DNA from: Lingula anatina
Lineage: Eukaryota; Animalia; Brachiopoda
NCBI GenBank assembly: GCA_051362555.1
Contig: CM120641.1
Coordinates: forward strand, 310,001-374,000
Length of the DNA: 64,000 nucleotides
Reading direction: 5' to 3'
Shown here: piece after piece, positions 28,991-43,432 of the stretch
How the letters are laid out: each line of letters starts with the position of its first letter
Position numbering within the stretch: position 1 is the first letter of the stretch
Notes under the pieces: generated by a model
The model's database searches: none
The model's input: only the letters and a program-made list of their open reading frames with translations
Told to the model about the DNA's origin: nothing
Translations under genes and position numbers: made by a program

Positions 28991-29139
28991 ATCCGATAGG
29001 TGGCTGACAAGCACCTGCATCACCGTATCTCACGGGGTAACGACACGCAGATTCAGATTCAGAAGTTTATTGACAATCGCCCTACATCCGGGCATGATCA
29101 AATACAAATGCAAGAAGTAATCCACAGAGTGATTACCAT

Positions 29140-29601
29140 ATACATATCTAATAAAGTAGAAGATGAGTTCCACCTCCTGCTAGAGTGTAAAGCGTATTAA
29201 TAACTCACTACGTGATTCCTTCAGAGGGCAGCTGTCAGATTTCCTACCCCTGGGCGACCTCAGCAATAATAAACTGTTTAATCTTCTTATGGGTGCCCAA
29301 GACATAGACATTCTTAGAATGGTTATGTGTTTTGTAAATAGATGCTTAAAACAAAGAGAACAGGCCCTCTATTAATGCATTGTACTCTCTCCAATGTACT
29401 CATTCTAATTCATCACCTTCATGTATAGATTGCCATAATACATTCCTTATATAACTTATTATAAAGTAACTTATTGATATTATGCTACATGTAAACATTG
29501 AAATCATGTATATTTATTTATATACCTGTTTGTACTGTTGTAGTTAGATGTAATTGTCTTTGTCCTTGATTGTACCTTATTTGTAAAGGTGTATCAATAA
29601 A
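29140..29601 (+). mobile_element. Degraded 3' end of a non-LTR retrotransposon (LINE)
   Basis: Peptide VEDEFHLLLECKAY resembles the C-terminal zinc motif of LINE ORF2; AATAAA near 29596. Confidence 0.5.
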
Positions 29602-30777
29602 GAATCCCATCCTATACGCAAAAAGTTCACATCTGACGTGACCTATTAGTTAGATTATCCATACCAAATATAAAAACATATGTACATGACATGCCATTTA
29701 ATACGGTTTTTAATGTATGATTCAGCTAGTCAAAATTTTAATTTCAAGAGGGGACCATCGGTGTGATTTTTTTTTCAGAAATCGAAGGGGACCGGTCCCC
29801 CCTGGCACCCCCTATATCCCCCTTTAAATGATAACTAATCAAGTTTTATGAACTTTTAAATTGATTTATAATTTTTACCCATCGTGTATGACTTATCTAT
29901 AGATGTTTTTTATCTTTATTATATTTTTATTCATTTTAATTTAATATGATGGTTTTGTTTTTAAGTGTTCAGAGTAATAACAGATGCCAGCCTGATATAA
30001 AATAGGGAAAGAAATAAAAAAATCTTTGTGACCCTCTTCAGCTGTAAATTATTGATTTTCATGACGTAGTGTGCTTCGAAATGAACACCTGGTTAAGATT
30101 AACCATATGCTCCTATTATCTGAAAACAAAAATGGTGACATACAGTACAATGTACATGTATCAACTTTCATTCATGTATTGATATGATAACCAAAGAGTA
30201 TAACAGCACTATACTTTGTCTCTTAAAAAAACTTTTTTATTTCAAAAACACAAAAACAGCCTAAGTCGACATGAACAGGCAATTAAAGGAGTGAAAAAGT
30301 ATTCACAATTTCACATCTATAATAAATTTCAAACTGTTTTATGCCAAATCTTGATTACATGGTAAACGTACAGGACACAAATATTTAGAGATACTTATAA
30401 ATATAAATGTCTTTCAGTGGGAATTCTTTTGAATAATGTACAAATGATGCAAGTTACAGCAAATCAAAGCATGCATCTGCCTAAATAAACAAACTTGCAT
30501 TGCTTGTATTTTGTAATAATGTATGTACCAGCTAGTAATATTCAAGCTCTCTTTTTAGCAGTAACATTCTTAAATCTTACTATGTACAGCGCACTACAGC
30601 CAGAGTTTTGTGTTTCATTTGAAATATTTTTGTGTGTAATGCAACTGGGTTATGTTATGTTCCGTATTTTTATTCAAACATATAAACAAAGGAATAACGT
30701 GCTTTGGAAGTGCTGCTTAGCTTTATTAGATTCAATATGGCTGACCGTCTCAGCTGCGTTCGCACAAAGTGATGACG

Positions 30778-32164
30778 TCATATCAAAACACACTGGTACC
30801 GTAGTGGTACCTTCACTTGTCTGCCAGACCGGGTTATCGTCACTGGTGTGCTCCTTGCCTTCTCTTGTGCAGTTGTTGCTGGCACATCGAGTTTTCCATG
30901 GTCATCTGGCTTTGCAGGCAATTCCACTCTGGAAGCTGCTGCAGGTGAGGTGGGGATCACTGTGGGTTTGATGACGCTGTCCCCTGGCTGTATCTTTGGT
31001 TCCTGGCGTGTGTTTGGTTCCTTGGTCTTTTTGAGGTGTTGCCTGTTTCGCCTCAGTATTCCAGAAGGCGTCTCAATGGTGTATGATCTTTCATCGAGTT
31101 TCTGTAGAACCGTCCCTTTGGTCCAGGTTTTTTGTCCCATCTTGAATGGCTGTAGTCGGACTGTGTCCCCTTCGTCTAAAGCAGGAAGATGGTGAGAGGA
31201 CTTGTTGGCATGCATAGCCTGTTTTGCTTGGCCGTGCTTAATGTCCCGTTTTGTGTGTCTTATGTCAGTGACCTCTGGTTTGAGGAGGGCGGGAGCAGTT
31301 GGTAACATGGTTTTTGTCCTACGGCTCATCAGGCCCTGTACAGGACTGGATAACATTCCTTGAGAAGGAGTGTTCCTGTGATCGAGGATTGCGAGGTAAG
31401 GGTCGCTTCCAGCTTCCTTACATTTCCTCATTATCCGTTTTGCCGTCTTGACCGCTGATTCCGCTTTGCCATTAGCTCTGCTGTTGTATGGACTGATGGT
31501 CATATGAGTGATGTCCCAGGCTTTGCAGAATTTCTGGAACTCCTCAGAAGAGAACTGAGGTCCATTGTCAGAGACAATGCTGTCCGGGATGCCATACCTA
31601 GCAAAATGGGTCTTGAGTTTCTGTATCACTGTTTTGGCATCAGTCGTGGGTAGCATGTCTACTTCCCAAAAGTTGCTGAGGTAGACCGCCGTTATGAGGT
31701 AATCTTTCCTTGATTGGTGAAGATGTCTGTACCAACTTTGGCCCATGGTCGGTCAGGTGTATCATGGCTCATGAGAGGTTCTTTCGGGTTCGCCACTTCA
31801 AAGGCTCTGCAAGTACTAAATCCTGATATGTACTGTAGTCATGAATCTCCTGCGTCATGTTCGGCCAAAAAATGCATTCCCTGGCTCGTCGCAGGCACCC
31901 ATCTATCCCTAAGTGTGACAAGTGGATTTTCTCCTTCATCATAGCGCGTTCACTCATGGGGATGATGACACAATCTCCTCTAAAGATTAGACCATCATGG
32001 ACTGCTAACTCATCTCTGAATGAAAAGTAAGGGTGCACTAATGGTGATAGATGTGCTTTCTCATTTGGCCACCCTTGAAGTATCTGTTGTTTAAGCGCGG
32101 TCATAGTCTGGTCGATTTCCGTTGCTTTCCGGATGACTTCAAGCCTTGATTCCGAGATTGCCAC
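30778..32164 (-). pseudogene. Gypsy integrase region, frameshifted
   Basis: HLSHLGIDGC zinc-binding region; FARYGIPD..VSDNGPQF..S.ANGKAES core, with the first Asp region perturbed; frame break near 31750-31830. Confidence 0.85.
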
Positions 32165-32218
32165 ATACTTTGTTGCGTTTACATTCTCAAATTCTGCCTG
32201 ATGTCCCTCTGTTGTCTG

Positions 32219-34575
32219 TCAGTATGCTCGGGACAGAGTGTCTGCTAGAGTCATCTCTTTGCCGGGTGTGTACGATACAGATGCATTGTATTGCTGCAGT
32301 CGCATAAGCATGCCCTGCAGTCTTTTTGGTGCGTTAGCCAAAGGCTTCTTTATGATGCTTTGAAATGGCTTGTGGTCTGACATCACATTAATCTGTCGAC
32401 CGAAAGTATACTGATGGAACTTCTCAGTGCTCCATACAATCGCCAATATCTCCTTTTCTATTTGAGCGTAACTTGTCTCTGTATCGGTGAGTGCTCGACT
32501 GGCAAAGGTTATCGGCTGTCCTTCTTGGAGCAAGGCTGCCCCGAGTCCAGTTTTGCTTGCATCACACTGGATGGTCAGCTCTTTTTCTGGGTCATAATAG
32601 CGCAGAATCGGTGCTTCGCTCACAAGTTTTTTCACCTCTTGTAGTGCCTTGTCTTGAACACTGGACCAGTTCCATGGAACATCTTTCCTCATCAGCTGCC
32701 TAATTGGTCCCATGGCATCGGATAGTCTTGGGAGGAACCTAGCTAGGTAATTGACAAATACGTTTAGTCGCTGCACTCCTTCGACATCCTCTGGTCTCTG
32801 CATCTGCATCACCGCTTCCACTTTCTTCGGGTCAGGCTTCAAGCCTTCATTGGTGATCAGATGTCCTAGGAAGGTGACTGACTTCTGGCGCAGTTTCATT
32901 TTGTTGGCATTTAGACGTATGCCCAATTCTTGACATCGTTTCAGCAGATTTTTGAGTTTCTCGTCATGGTCTCTTAGAGCTTCCTGGTCTGTTTCTCCTG
33001 TTCCATAGACCATTAGGTCATCTGCGACGCAGATCACACCATCTAAACCATGGATGCATTCATCAAGCTTCTTGGCGAAGATCTCAGATGACACATTCAG
33101 GCCGAATGGCAGTCTCAGCCATCGGTAACGGCCATGCGGAGTGGCGAATGTCGTAAGGAATGACATTTCGTCGTCCAGCTCTACATGCCAATACCCGGCC
33201 TTTAGGTCCATCGTGGAAACTACCCTGGCTTTTGACAACTCGGGTAGCACATCATCCAGGGTGCATAAAGGGAAGTGTTCTCTTCTTAAGGCTTTGTTCA
33301 GTGGTCTAGGGTCTATGCAGATACATAGTTAGCCGGACTTCTTTGTAGCTGTGACCATGGCACTAACCCAGTCGGTTGGCTCATTCACAGGCTTGATCAC
33401 ATGTTTCTCTGTTAGCATGTCAAGCTCCACCTTTATCTTTTGTCTGAGTGCAACTGGAATACGTCTCGATGGTGACACTTCCGGTGTTACCGTTGGGTCC
33501 ACTCGCAGTGTCGCAGTGCCAGGCATGTGTCCCACATCGTCATTGAGCACATCAGCGTATTTCTTGAGGATGGTGCAATTAGTGTCAGTCTCACTTTCAT
33601 TCTGCTGTACGACTGCTATTCGTTCACAATTCTTCGAGTGCACAGAGATAAGCCCCATCTGCTGGCTTGCTGACACTCCTAGAATAGGCATGAGATTGCG
33701 ATCTTCTACAACGATAAATTTCACGGAGTATTTTTTTCCATTGGCTGGGTTGACCATCTTCAGTCTGCATTCACCCAGTGGCTGTTTCAGATTTTTGTCC
33801 CACATCTCTAATGTGCTTGTGGCTGGGTGTATCGTCGTTGTGCCCACATGGTGTCGTATGATTAGATTAACCGATGCACCACAATCAATCTGGAATTTCA
33901 CGGGCTGGTTTCTAATGAGCATGTTTGCATATATGAGCTTGCCGTGGCTCCGTCTCTCTTTGTTAACAGTGTTTACGCCATTTATGATCTCACAATCACT
34001 CTCCTCCTGTGAATCTTCAGTGTGTACAGTGTGCACTTTGTTTTTCTTCTTCTTTTTGCATACAGTGGCGAAATGGTTTCTTCCTTTACATATGCTGCAT
34101 GTCTTTCCCCATGCTGGGCAGGACTCCTTCTTCAGCTCATGCGTCCGCCCACAGAACTTGCATGTTTGAGCGTGTCCATGTGACCTATAACTATGCGGTC
34201 ACGTAGCAGTGTGTCCCCTAGGCATTCACAGAAATTACAGCTCACAGAAATTACAGCTCCAATGATATGTTGATCAAATTTCTCAATAATGGCCCCAACA
34301 GTTCTGTCATCAGCATCACCTTCGAAAGCAAAACCATTATAAAATCGGAGAGCTTCTGTGCCTATTGCATTCAACAGCATGGCGACCTGATATTGCTGTG
34401 GCTGGGATCCAAGATTGGATACGATTGTGTAGTTTCCCCACAGTTGTTTCCATAGATTCCAGTTTTCAACCTTTCCAGACTGGAGATCTAAAGGGCTAGG
34501 GGGTCTGATTCCCGATATAAATCTACTGGATTCCCTCCTACTCCCAGTTTGGTTCTCCTCATCTGACATCGACAT
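32219..34575 (-). pseudogene. Gypsy gag, protease, RT and RNase H with stops and deletions
   Basis: Two CCHC-type knuckles (CKFCGRTH...C, CSICKGRNHFATVC); protease FQIDCGAS; RT LPFGL and VADD; RNase H CDASKTGLGA. In-frame TAA at 33329-33331; gag is shortened. Confidence 0.9.
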
Positions 34576-35431
34576 GATAGGGCCTTGAGTAATAACAGTT
34601 ACTCTGGTGACTGGTAGGTTGTGAACACATACAAATCAAGTGTTCCGGCATACTTACAGGTCTCCAATATGCACAACAAACCACACTAGCAGGGAACATA
34701 GTGTCTCCGATATCTGTATTAATCCTTACTGTTAGCTGGAATGAACCACTTTCTCTTTCCGTGGGTAGAGGGAGGGCTTACCTCGTGTTTAGGTCAAGTG
34801 TCTTCTTTCACACGCTTTCAGGGTGAGAATGAGTATGTCAGTACTTACAGTCTGCGATGCCCTTCCCTATCCTTTTTAGCTGCCACCATGTTATGTTCCG
34901 TATCTTTATACAAACATATAAACAAAGGAATAACGTGCTTTGGAAGTGTTGCTTAGCTTTATTAGATTCAATATGGCTGACCGACTCAGCTGCGTTCGCA
35001 CAAAGTGATGACGTCATATCAAAACACACAACAGGTTACTTTTTCCCCCTGAGTAGCCTGCTTTGGATCACCTACGACCATTAAAATTAACTTATAATTG
35101 CCAGACAACTACCCAAGTGCATAGTCATCATTTAGACCCCATTCCCATAGATATTTAGATCGATCTATCCCCCTGTTAAGCCAGTTTTATTTTGCACAAA
35201 TGATCTATAAGTATTCCTCTGAAAATTCACAGTAAGAAAATAAGCTAACGTTTTTCTTCAGTTTCCTTCATAATAGTTAAAAGGATATACTCTGTATGTA
35301 TGTAATTTAAGTAAATGTGTGAGTTTCACAGCTAAATTATGACATAAATATTATAATTATAAATATGTTTTAATGTTGTAATTTCAATTTATCAAACACC
35401 CACACTATATTATTTTCCATGGTCAGTGTTC

Positions 35432-37795
35432 CTAAACCAAGGTCATTTCTGGGGAGGTGAAGGCAATGACTTTATGGTTGTGTGGGATTGGGACATCACG
35501 TAATGTGAACATCCTTACGCAGTCCATCACCCAGTGAAGAGAATCTTCGTTTTTATCAAAAAATTCACAGCTGGCTGGATTCGACCAGTTCAAATACATA
35601 TCCACCTCTGCATCTTTGGGAATGGACTGCAGCACTTTTTGTAGTAGAAGTTTGGAAATGAGGAGAGAGTCCGCAAACAGGGGTGCCATTCTGTACGCCG
35701 TCTGTCCGGGCTGGACAATCGTGTACCCAGTGATATCTCCACTCTTTTTGTTGATGGCTACAAAAGATTTTGACGATGGTCGAGCTAAATATTTCTCTAA
35801 AAACACTGGTCTTGGAATGGTGTGAATTTCTGTATCATACTTCAGCAGTAAATCAAATGGCACTTTAGATGCTGTCACGACTTCAGTTTCGACATTTTCT
35901 CTTTCTGCTGCCAACCAAGACTCGTTGATTCGCCCCAAAACAAGACCAATACTGTGGGTGGCGACCTGGAAGCCACTGTCATGGAGAATCTGCTGTCTGT
36001 GTAACACAGAAAATACGCCTAAATTTCTACCTCCAACCCGCTTACTTCTCTCTGCCCACATCTTTTTGACTAGATAAAGTAAAAAAAGGGAATTGGTGAT
36101 ATAAAAGGTTTATAACTAACACAGGTGAAATTTGGTATCCCTAAACACTTGATACTTGTAAATATTGTAACAAGAACCAAACACCAGTAGAACAACAGAA
36201 TTTGAAGAAAAAGATAAATAATGGCTGGTATGAGGCTCACATATATAAGTTAAATGTAACAGCACGTTTTGCTCAGATCTCTTTTTGTATTCATGTAACT
36301 CATTTCTTCGTTTCGCCTAAGACTTAGGATACTACAGTATCCCACAGCTCAGGTTTTCCATTACTGACATAAGGTGTGTCTATTGAGGCAAATGAGGCTT
36401 TACTATCTACAGGTGTAGATATAGATGTACATTCTAGAGTGAAAAACTTATTTCAGCTGATCAAACTGTCTTTTCAAACTTCTTGAAATTTTATTAGATA
36501 GATTAACTGTTGCCAAACGACCTCTTTATCTTGATAAATAAAATAGTTAATTACCTATTCCCTTTCCTCTGAGTTCTGGTTTAATAGCGCTAAGACCACC
36601 AAAGGCTTCTTTTTCATCCAAAAGATTGAACAGCATGGAACCTTTCAAAAATGTACATTCTGTCTAAAATAATTTGCGGTAATAGCTATGACTGTTTAAA
36701 AGAAATCAAATATGCCTATTTTTTTTGTAAGATAGGTATGGCAGATAAGAGTAGGTATATAGGAATGGCCAGATTCATCATTAAAACAGATTCAATAACA
36801 TGATACTATGCACTTAATTAAATGATTCATCTTTTACATCTCAAATGTAATTCAAAATGCCTTTATCTGCAAAACTGGATCCAAAAATATAATATAAAAA
36901 CAAAAATATTGGCCATTTCCCTTTCAAGATGTAGGGGAGACTCATAAGGAATACCATACCACTTGGCAAGTGCAACAGAATCTTACATAATTTCAGATCG
37001 ACATGTCCATTCATTTCATGATGTCCATTCGTTTCAGTCATGTGATCAACGAAAAAGGATGGAGTGATCAGAAAAAAAGTGACCACTATGTGTCCAAACT
37101 AAGGCAGTTGACATAAAGATATATACATTGGAACTCACTCAAACTTCCAAGTATTTTTCCTGGATATCAGACAAGGAAAGGTCACGTGGGATACGCCCCA
37201 ACCCCTTCATGGAAAGGTTTTTTCAAAAAAAGAGCGTTTACCAACAACTTTGCCATCCAATTCTGCCACCAGGGCATTGTCTCCGGCAATGTCCACAAAG
37301 GTTTCTATGGTCTCCGGAATATAGTTCCATGACTCAGCATTGTAGATGTCTGTCAGACTTACTGCATCTTTCTTCTGTGCAGATCGGATTTTAATATGGG
37401 AAGATGCGTCTCCTGCACCTGACGAACATGCTCTAAGTCTGCAAGTGCAACATTTATACATTCATGTGAATTGGTCCCGAGCAGACAGACAAATTACATC
37501 ACAATATAAGGAAGATACTGTAGACAGAAAATACCCCAAAATATTGGTTTCGATCCAAGTCCATGTATTTAATATGTCTTAATTTATCATAAAATATCCA
37601 TCAAATTAAATACTGACCACAAAGATTGTCTTAAGGTACACAGTAGAGAAAATTAAGAGTAAAACTGCCCACAGTTGAGATTACATACGCTATGAATTTC
37701 TCTCCCGTGACGCAAGCGCCCCAATCAAAACACATGCAGGGGTAGCCCAATGACGCAGATTTCATTACCCAGTGTCGCAGCATGTTATACGCCAT
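35432..37795 (-). CDS. GNAT acyltransferase, YitH/HolE-like, copy 1; exons 37795-37689, 37438-37242, 36641-36555, 36069-35432 (342 aa)
   Basis: Exons of 107/197/87/638 nt splice in frame at GT-AG sites; acetyl-CoA motif PELRGKGIG; C-terminal YD...R..FL, GY and APLFADS motifs typical of YitH-type double-GNAT proteins. Confidence 0.8.
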
Positions 37796-37920
37796 GTTAG
37801 TGCTGGAAAGGAAATATGCACATGGTATGCAGAGCATTTTAATTTATTTCTATCCATTGGTTGCCAGGTGAACAGGAGCGTCTAGAGGTAATACATGTAT
37901 TTTAGAACTCATATATGTAA

Positions 37921-38135
37921 GGCTGTATTCCCAGAGCTTTTAGATCATTCTATCCCCCCAGGGAGTCTTACTAGATTACTGTCAGATAATCCGACTTAAA
38001 TGTCCTTCCCACCTACTACAAGCCGTAAGGGGGTAATTAACTTTCGTGTCCGCCCGGCTGACAGCTATTTAGCATGAACCCCCAGGGAGTTAGGTCGATC
38101 TCAAGTAGATCGATCTAATCTCTGGAAATGGGGTC
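37921..38135 (+). mobile_element. 215-bp MITE with TAA TSD upstream of GNAT copy 1
   Basis: TAA on both flanks; absent from the equivalent positions of copies 2 and 3. Confidence 0.85.
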
Positions 38136-38384
38136 TAACATTCAGTCACTAAGTCATTATCCAGATTCTGTTAAAATGACCAAAAACAGTTACACTGTAC
38201 ACTCTTACTAAACTGATGGAAAGTTAGAGACAAAAATATTATTTCAAAGTTCACTGTGATGATTGTCACAAAACCTTTGGTATACCAGTGAGTATAGTGT
38301 TAGAAATTACTCATAAACAGATTTTCAAGGTACAAAAGTATACAAAATGTCTTGACTTCTGCACAATAGTTAGTTAGAGATGTG

Positions 38385-39200
38385 AACCCTGGAACATACG
38401 GTAAAAAACTTGAAAATTTCGTCACTTAAAAATTAATTCATATTTTTAACTGCCTGAATCCGACGAATTTTTTCAAAATTACGTTTCCCCAACTCCTGGG
38501 TATGACAAAACTTTCAAAACTCCTACATTAGGGTGCCCTGAGTGTCAGGACCACTGTAAATTAAAACAATAATAACTCTTCCTTTGAGATTCAAAATTCC
38601 GCATGAAATACATTGTAAACAACGCATGGAAATATATTCTATTGTATTTTACCACTAAAACGGCCTTTATTGTAGTAAAACTAAAATCTGTGCTTGTCAA
38701 TAGGGCTTTCGATGCTTTTCTTCCCGGTCATCAAGGCATTCGTTGCTAATGACGTAATGGTGTCACGCGGATTCTTGCGTTCATTCGAGACCAAAATAAC
38801 ATATGGCGCCAAACGCATTAATGCAGACGCAGACGTAAGTTGCGAGTTTTTGTACAGTGCGTCGGATAACGAAAAGCCCAGAATGGCACACATTGTGGAT
38901 ATTAATGTATTTTTAACAAAAAGACAAATATACCTCATGAATCTTATATAGTGTTGTTGTTGTCTGCTTTTCCCGCGGTTTTAAGTAGGTCAACAGTGAC
39001 TATGCGATGTCAGAGAGAGCTCCGTCAGTTAAAATCTCTTAAGAGATTTTAACGAAAAACCGTACGTTTAGGAAAAAAAACCCTGGATTAACTTTGAATG
39101 CAGGAATGGGGTCGCTGACCATTGGTAAGTACGGGAAAATTGCCGTTTACTCCAGGAAAATCCAATTTTTGGCCAAAATGAAGAGTTATTATGACTTTTA
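38385..39200. mobile_element. Probable non-autonomous DNA transposon remnant
   Basis: CpG-richer block not found in the other GNAT units; 39090-39190 resembles the end of the element at 60814-61171. Boundaries uncertain. Confidence 0.35.
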
Positions 39201-40050
39201 GCTAGCTTGCTAACTATTCAAACGTTTTCATGGGATTTATGAAATCAAGATCGAGCTGGGAAAACTGAAATCTAGAACCTAGCCCTTGGGTAATCTTAGG
39301 ATTTTTATCCTTATCGATTTTCATCGTTGTTCCTCGCATATTGTGGAGTATTTATCACTACTTCCAGAGTCACTTTCTGGTGGTGAATAATAATCTGTTT
39401 ATTAGTGCATCTGGATTTCATTATTATTAACTTACCCTTACTTTCACTATCATAAACTTACCCTTAGTTACTTTCATTATCATAAACTTGCCCTTACTTT
39501 CATTATCATTAACTTGAGAATTGTTTTCCTGTAAAGAAATATACCTCCAGATAGGGGAGAGAGGTCAAGATACGCATGCATGCAGGTTTGGGTGTCAGGC
39601 CGTTCTAAATTACCATCTTTAACTTAGAACTAACTAAATCACAGCACTTCAATTTTCCCAAGTGCCATGAGCAGGGGAGGGGGGGTTAAAATTTTTTTGT
39701 TCTATGGGGATAGGGGTAAAAAATAATCGGTAACGATCTCCCGCTGACGATCTTCCGAGGACGGTCTCTTAACAAGTCCTTTGAAAGAATATTGCATTTT
39801 CAACTCGCCCGATCTCCCGATGACGATCTTCCGCGAATGAGGGAACTACGTTTTTTACTTTATTGTGTAATACATGTATTTAATATTCATGTATTTAATA
39901 TATTTATGTATGGATAAAATTTTATGTATAAGATACAATATGAAATAGGCCTAAATCAAATCAAAATCTTGAACAAATAAGAAAATTGCCTTCTCGTCTC
40001 AATTTCCTTTATTTTTTTACTAGTGACAGATCTTGTTTGTATTTCATAAA

Positions 40051-40087
40051 AGTGGCGGATCCAGGATTATTTGAAGGAGGGGGTCCG

Positions 40088-40118
<31 letters not shown>

Positions 40119-40251
40119 GTTTTGGATCAGCTTGTCAAACTTCTCATTTCAAATGGGGAATATAAGTGTGATTTTTTTCAGAAATCAAAGGAGGGGTCAG
40201 GAACCCCCTGCACCCCCCCCCCCCCCCCCCCCCTCCTCTAAATCCGCCACT
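40051..40251. mobile_element. Short TIR element (AGTGGCGGAT...ATCCGCCACT)
   Basis: 10-bp inverted termini similar to those of the element at 48659-48837. Confidence 0.6.
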
Positions 40252-40812
40252 GGGTATTTAGGATTCAAGCTCTCTTTTTAGCAGTTACATTCTTAAATCT
40301 TACTATTAACGGCGCACTGCAACTGGAGTTTTGAGTTTCTTTGAAATATTTTTGTGTGTAATACAACTAAGTTACTTATTCCCCGAGAAGAAGCAGCCTG
40401 CTTCAAATCACACATCACCGCCATTAAAATGATATTTTCATTGCCGGATAACTACATAGTTATCATTTAGAAGTGGAATGGTTATCGTGAAATACTCTTT
40501 GTAAAATGTAATTCTTGTTTTAACGGGTTTTTTTTCTGATACATTTTCTTTAAAATTAACGTTGTCTCTATCTTACAAACGAAAAATTCCATTCTTATGT
40601 TCTACAATCAGTCACTCAATACAAAGCATTTATCAAACAAGTTTTATTTTGCACAAATTATTAATTTTGCATTTATTCCTTTGAAAATTCACTTTGAAAA
40701 TAAGCTGAAGTTTTTATTTTCTCTTCAAAGTTTCCTTAATAATAGTAATAAGGATATATGCATGCAATTTAAATACATATATGAGTTTGCACAGCTAGAA
40801 TTCTGATATGAA

Positions 40813-40855
<43 letters not shown>

Positions 40856-40939
40856 GAGTATCAATGTAAATATCAATATTAATGTCAATCTAATTTGGTA
40901 TTAACAGGCATAAAAAAACATTTTCCTTGATCATTGTTC

Positions 40940-43432
40940 CTAAACCAAGGTTATTTCTGGGGCGGTGAGGGCAATGACTTTATGGTTGTGTGGGATTGGG
41001 ACATCGCGTAATGTGAACATCCTTACACCATCTATCAACCAGCGAAGAGAATCTTTGTTTTTATCAAAAAATTCACAGCTGGCTGGATTCGACCAGTTTA
41101 AAAACAAATCCACCTCTGCATCTTTGGGGATCGACCGCAGCGCTTTTTGTAGGAGAAGTTTGGAAATGACGAGAGAGTCCGCAAAAAGGGGCGCCATTCT
41201 ATACGCCGTCTGTCCGGGCTGGACAATCGTGTACCCAGTGATATCTCCACTCTTTTTGTTGACGGCTACAAAAGATTTTGACGATGGCCGAGCTAAATAT
41301 TTCTCTAAAAACATTGGTCTTGGAATAGTGTGGATTTCCGTATCATACTTCAGTAGTAAATCAAATGGCACTTTAGATGCTGTCACGACTTCAGTTTCAA
41401 CATTATCTCCATCTGCTGCCAACCAAGACTCGTTGATTCGCCCCGAAACGAGACCAATTCTGTCGGTGGCAATCTGGAAGCCACTGTCATGGAGAATCTG
41501 CTGTCTGTGTAACACTGAAAATACGCCTAAATTCCTATCTCCAATCCGCTTACTTCTCTCTGCCCACATCTTTTTGGCTAGATAAGGTAAAAAAGGAATT
41601 GGTGATATCAAAGGTTTAAAGCACTAAGACAGGCTTTGGATATTACAGTATCTCACAGGTCAGGTTTTCCATTACGGATGTAAGGTGTTTCTATTGAGGC
41701 AAACAAGGCTTTACTATCTAGATATAGATGTGAAAAACTTATTTCAGCTAGTCAAACTGTATTTTCAAACTTATTCAAATTTTGATAGATAGGAAAACTG
41801 TTGCCAAACGACCTCTTAAACTTGATAAATAAAATAGTTTATTACCTATTCCCTTTCCTCTGAGTTCTGGTACAATAGCGGCAAGACCACCAAAGGCTTC
41901 TTTTTCATCCAAAAGATGTAACACCACGGAACCTTTTAAGAAACGTACATTCTGTGATTCAAATAATTTGCGATAATAGATATGACTGTATAAAAGAAAT
42001 CAAATATGCCTATTTTTCGCAAGAGCCGCCAGGTATGGCAAATGTAAGAAAGGATATTCCTGTGGCCGGATTCACCATTAAATCAGATTCAATAACATGA
42101 AACTATGCGCTTAATTATATTCTCCATCTTTTACATCTATTCAAAACCATGTGTCAATTCGCATTTCAATGCAAAACTGGATCAAAGTTATGTAATAAAA
42201 TCAGAAATATTGACTTTTTCCCCTTTTAAGATTGCAGGCCTACCCAACTACCAGACTCTGCACCGAATGATCCTGAATTCACCAGTAGATCGGACCAAAC
42301 TAGCCGTTTTCAAGGTGTACGTCAGTAAGCGCTTCGAAGTATCAGACGCGACACCGCTCTTGCCTAGAAGACTATAGTACGCGATGTGATAGTGATGATT
42401 CTCAGCGGGGTTGGAAAGTAGTGTATCTCATCTCGAAATTTGTGTCGGGGTATGATACTGTATTGGGGGATGGTTGAGGGGAGACTCGTAAGGAAAACTA
42501 TGCTAAGGCAAGTGCAACGGATTACGCTCGGATCGACATGTCAATTCATTTCATGATATCCATTCATTTCAGTCATTTGATCAACAAAAAAAAGGACGGA
42601 GTGATCAGAAAAAAGTGACCACAATGCGTCCAAACTAAGGCAATAGAACTAAAAATTTATACACTGGAAGTCACTCAAATTTCCGATTATTTTCCTGGAT
42701 ATCAGACAAGGAAAGATCACCCTAACCCCTTCATGGAAAGTTTTTTTTTTTTTTTTTTTAAAGAACGTTTACCAACAACTTTTCCATCCAGTTCTGCCAC
42801 CAGGAAATTGTCTGCGGCAATGTCCACAAAGGTTTCTATGGTCTCCGGGATGTAGTTCCATGACTCGGCATTGTAGATGTCTGTCAGACTTGCTGCATCT
42901 TTCTTCTGTGCAGATCGGATTATAACACGGGAAGATGCGTCTCCTGCACCTGACGAACGTGCTCTAAGTCTGTAAGTGCAACATGTATCTTGATATTTAT
43001 GTGAATGGGTCCCGCGCAGATTTACCTCAATTATTCAAATCATTGGATACAATATTTATGAGAAATATCACTAAATAAAAAAAAAACGCCATCGAAACAA
43101 AATCTTCCCCAGTCGATATAGTATACTAAATAAAGTTGAAAGACAAACATCACAATATAAAGAAGATATTGTTGACAGAAAACACCCCGTCCATGTATTT
43201 AAAATGTCTTATTTTACCTTACTGCCCCGAAAATATCCTTCGAATTAATTACACACCATAAAGATTGTCTTTAAGTACACAGATGAGTAAATCAAAGAGT
43301 AAAACAGCCCACAGCTGAAGTTACATACGACATGAGATTCTCTCCAGTGACGTAAGCGCTCCGACCAAAAAACACGCGGGGATAACCCAAGGACGCAGAT
43401 TTCGTTACCCAGTGTTGCAGCATGTTATACAT
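40940..43432 (-). CDS. GNAT acyltransferase, YitH/HolE-like, copy 2; exons 43432-43329, 42969-42773, 41932-41846, 41577-40940
   Basis: Same exon phases and near-identical lengths (104/197/87/638); high similarity to copy 1. Confidence 0.8.

Larger units (their letters stand above)
30653..35033 (-). mobile_element. Gypsy LTR retrotransposon (Mag/K02A2.6-like), decayed
   Basis: LTRs at 30653-30793 and 34889-35033 (4 mismatches); TG...CA outer ends; GGTTA TSD at 30648-30652 and 35034-35038; PBS TGGTGGCAGC; order gag-PR-RT-RH-INT. Confidence 0.95.

Noticed and set aside
33351-34169. 272-aa plus-strand ORF
   Set aside because: Antisense to Gypsy gag/protease; no motifs.
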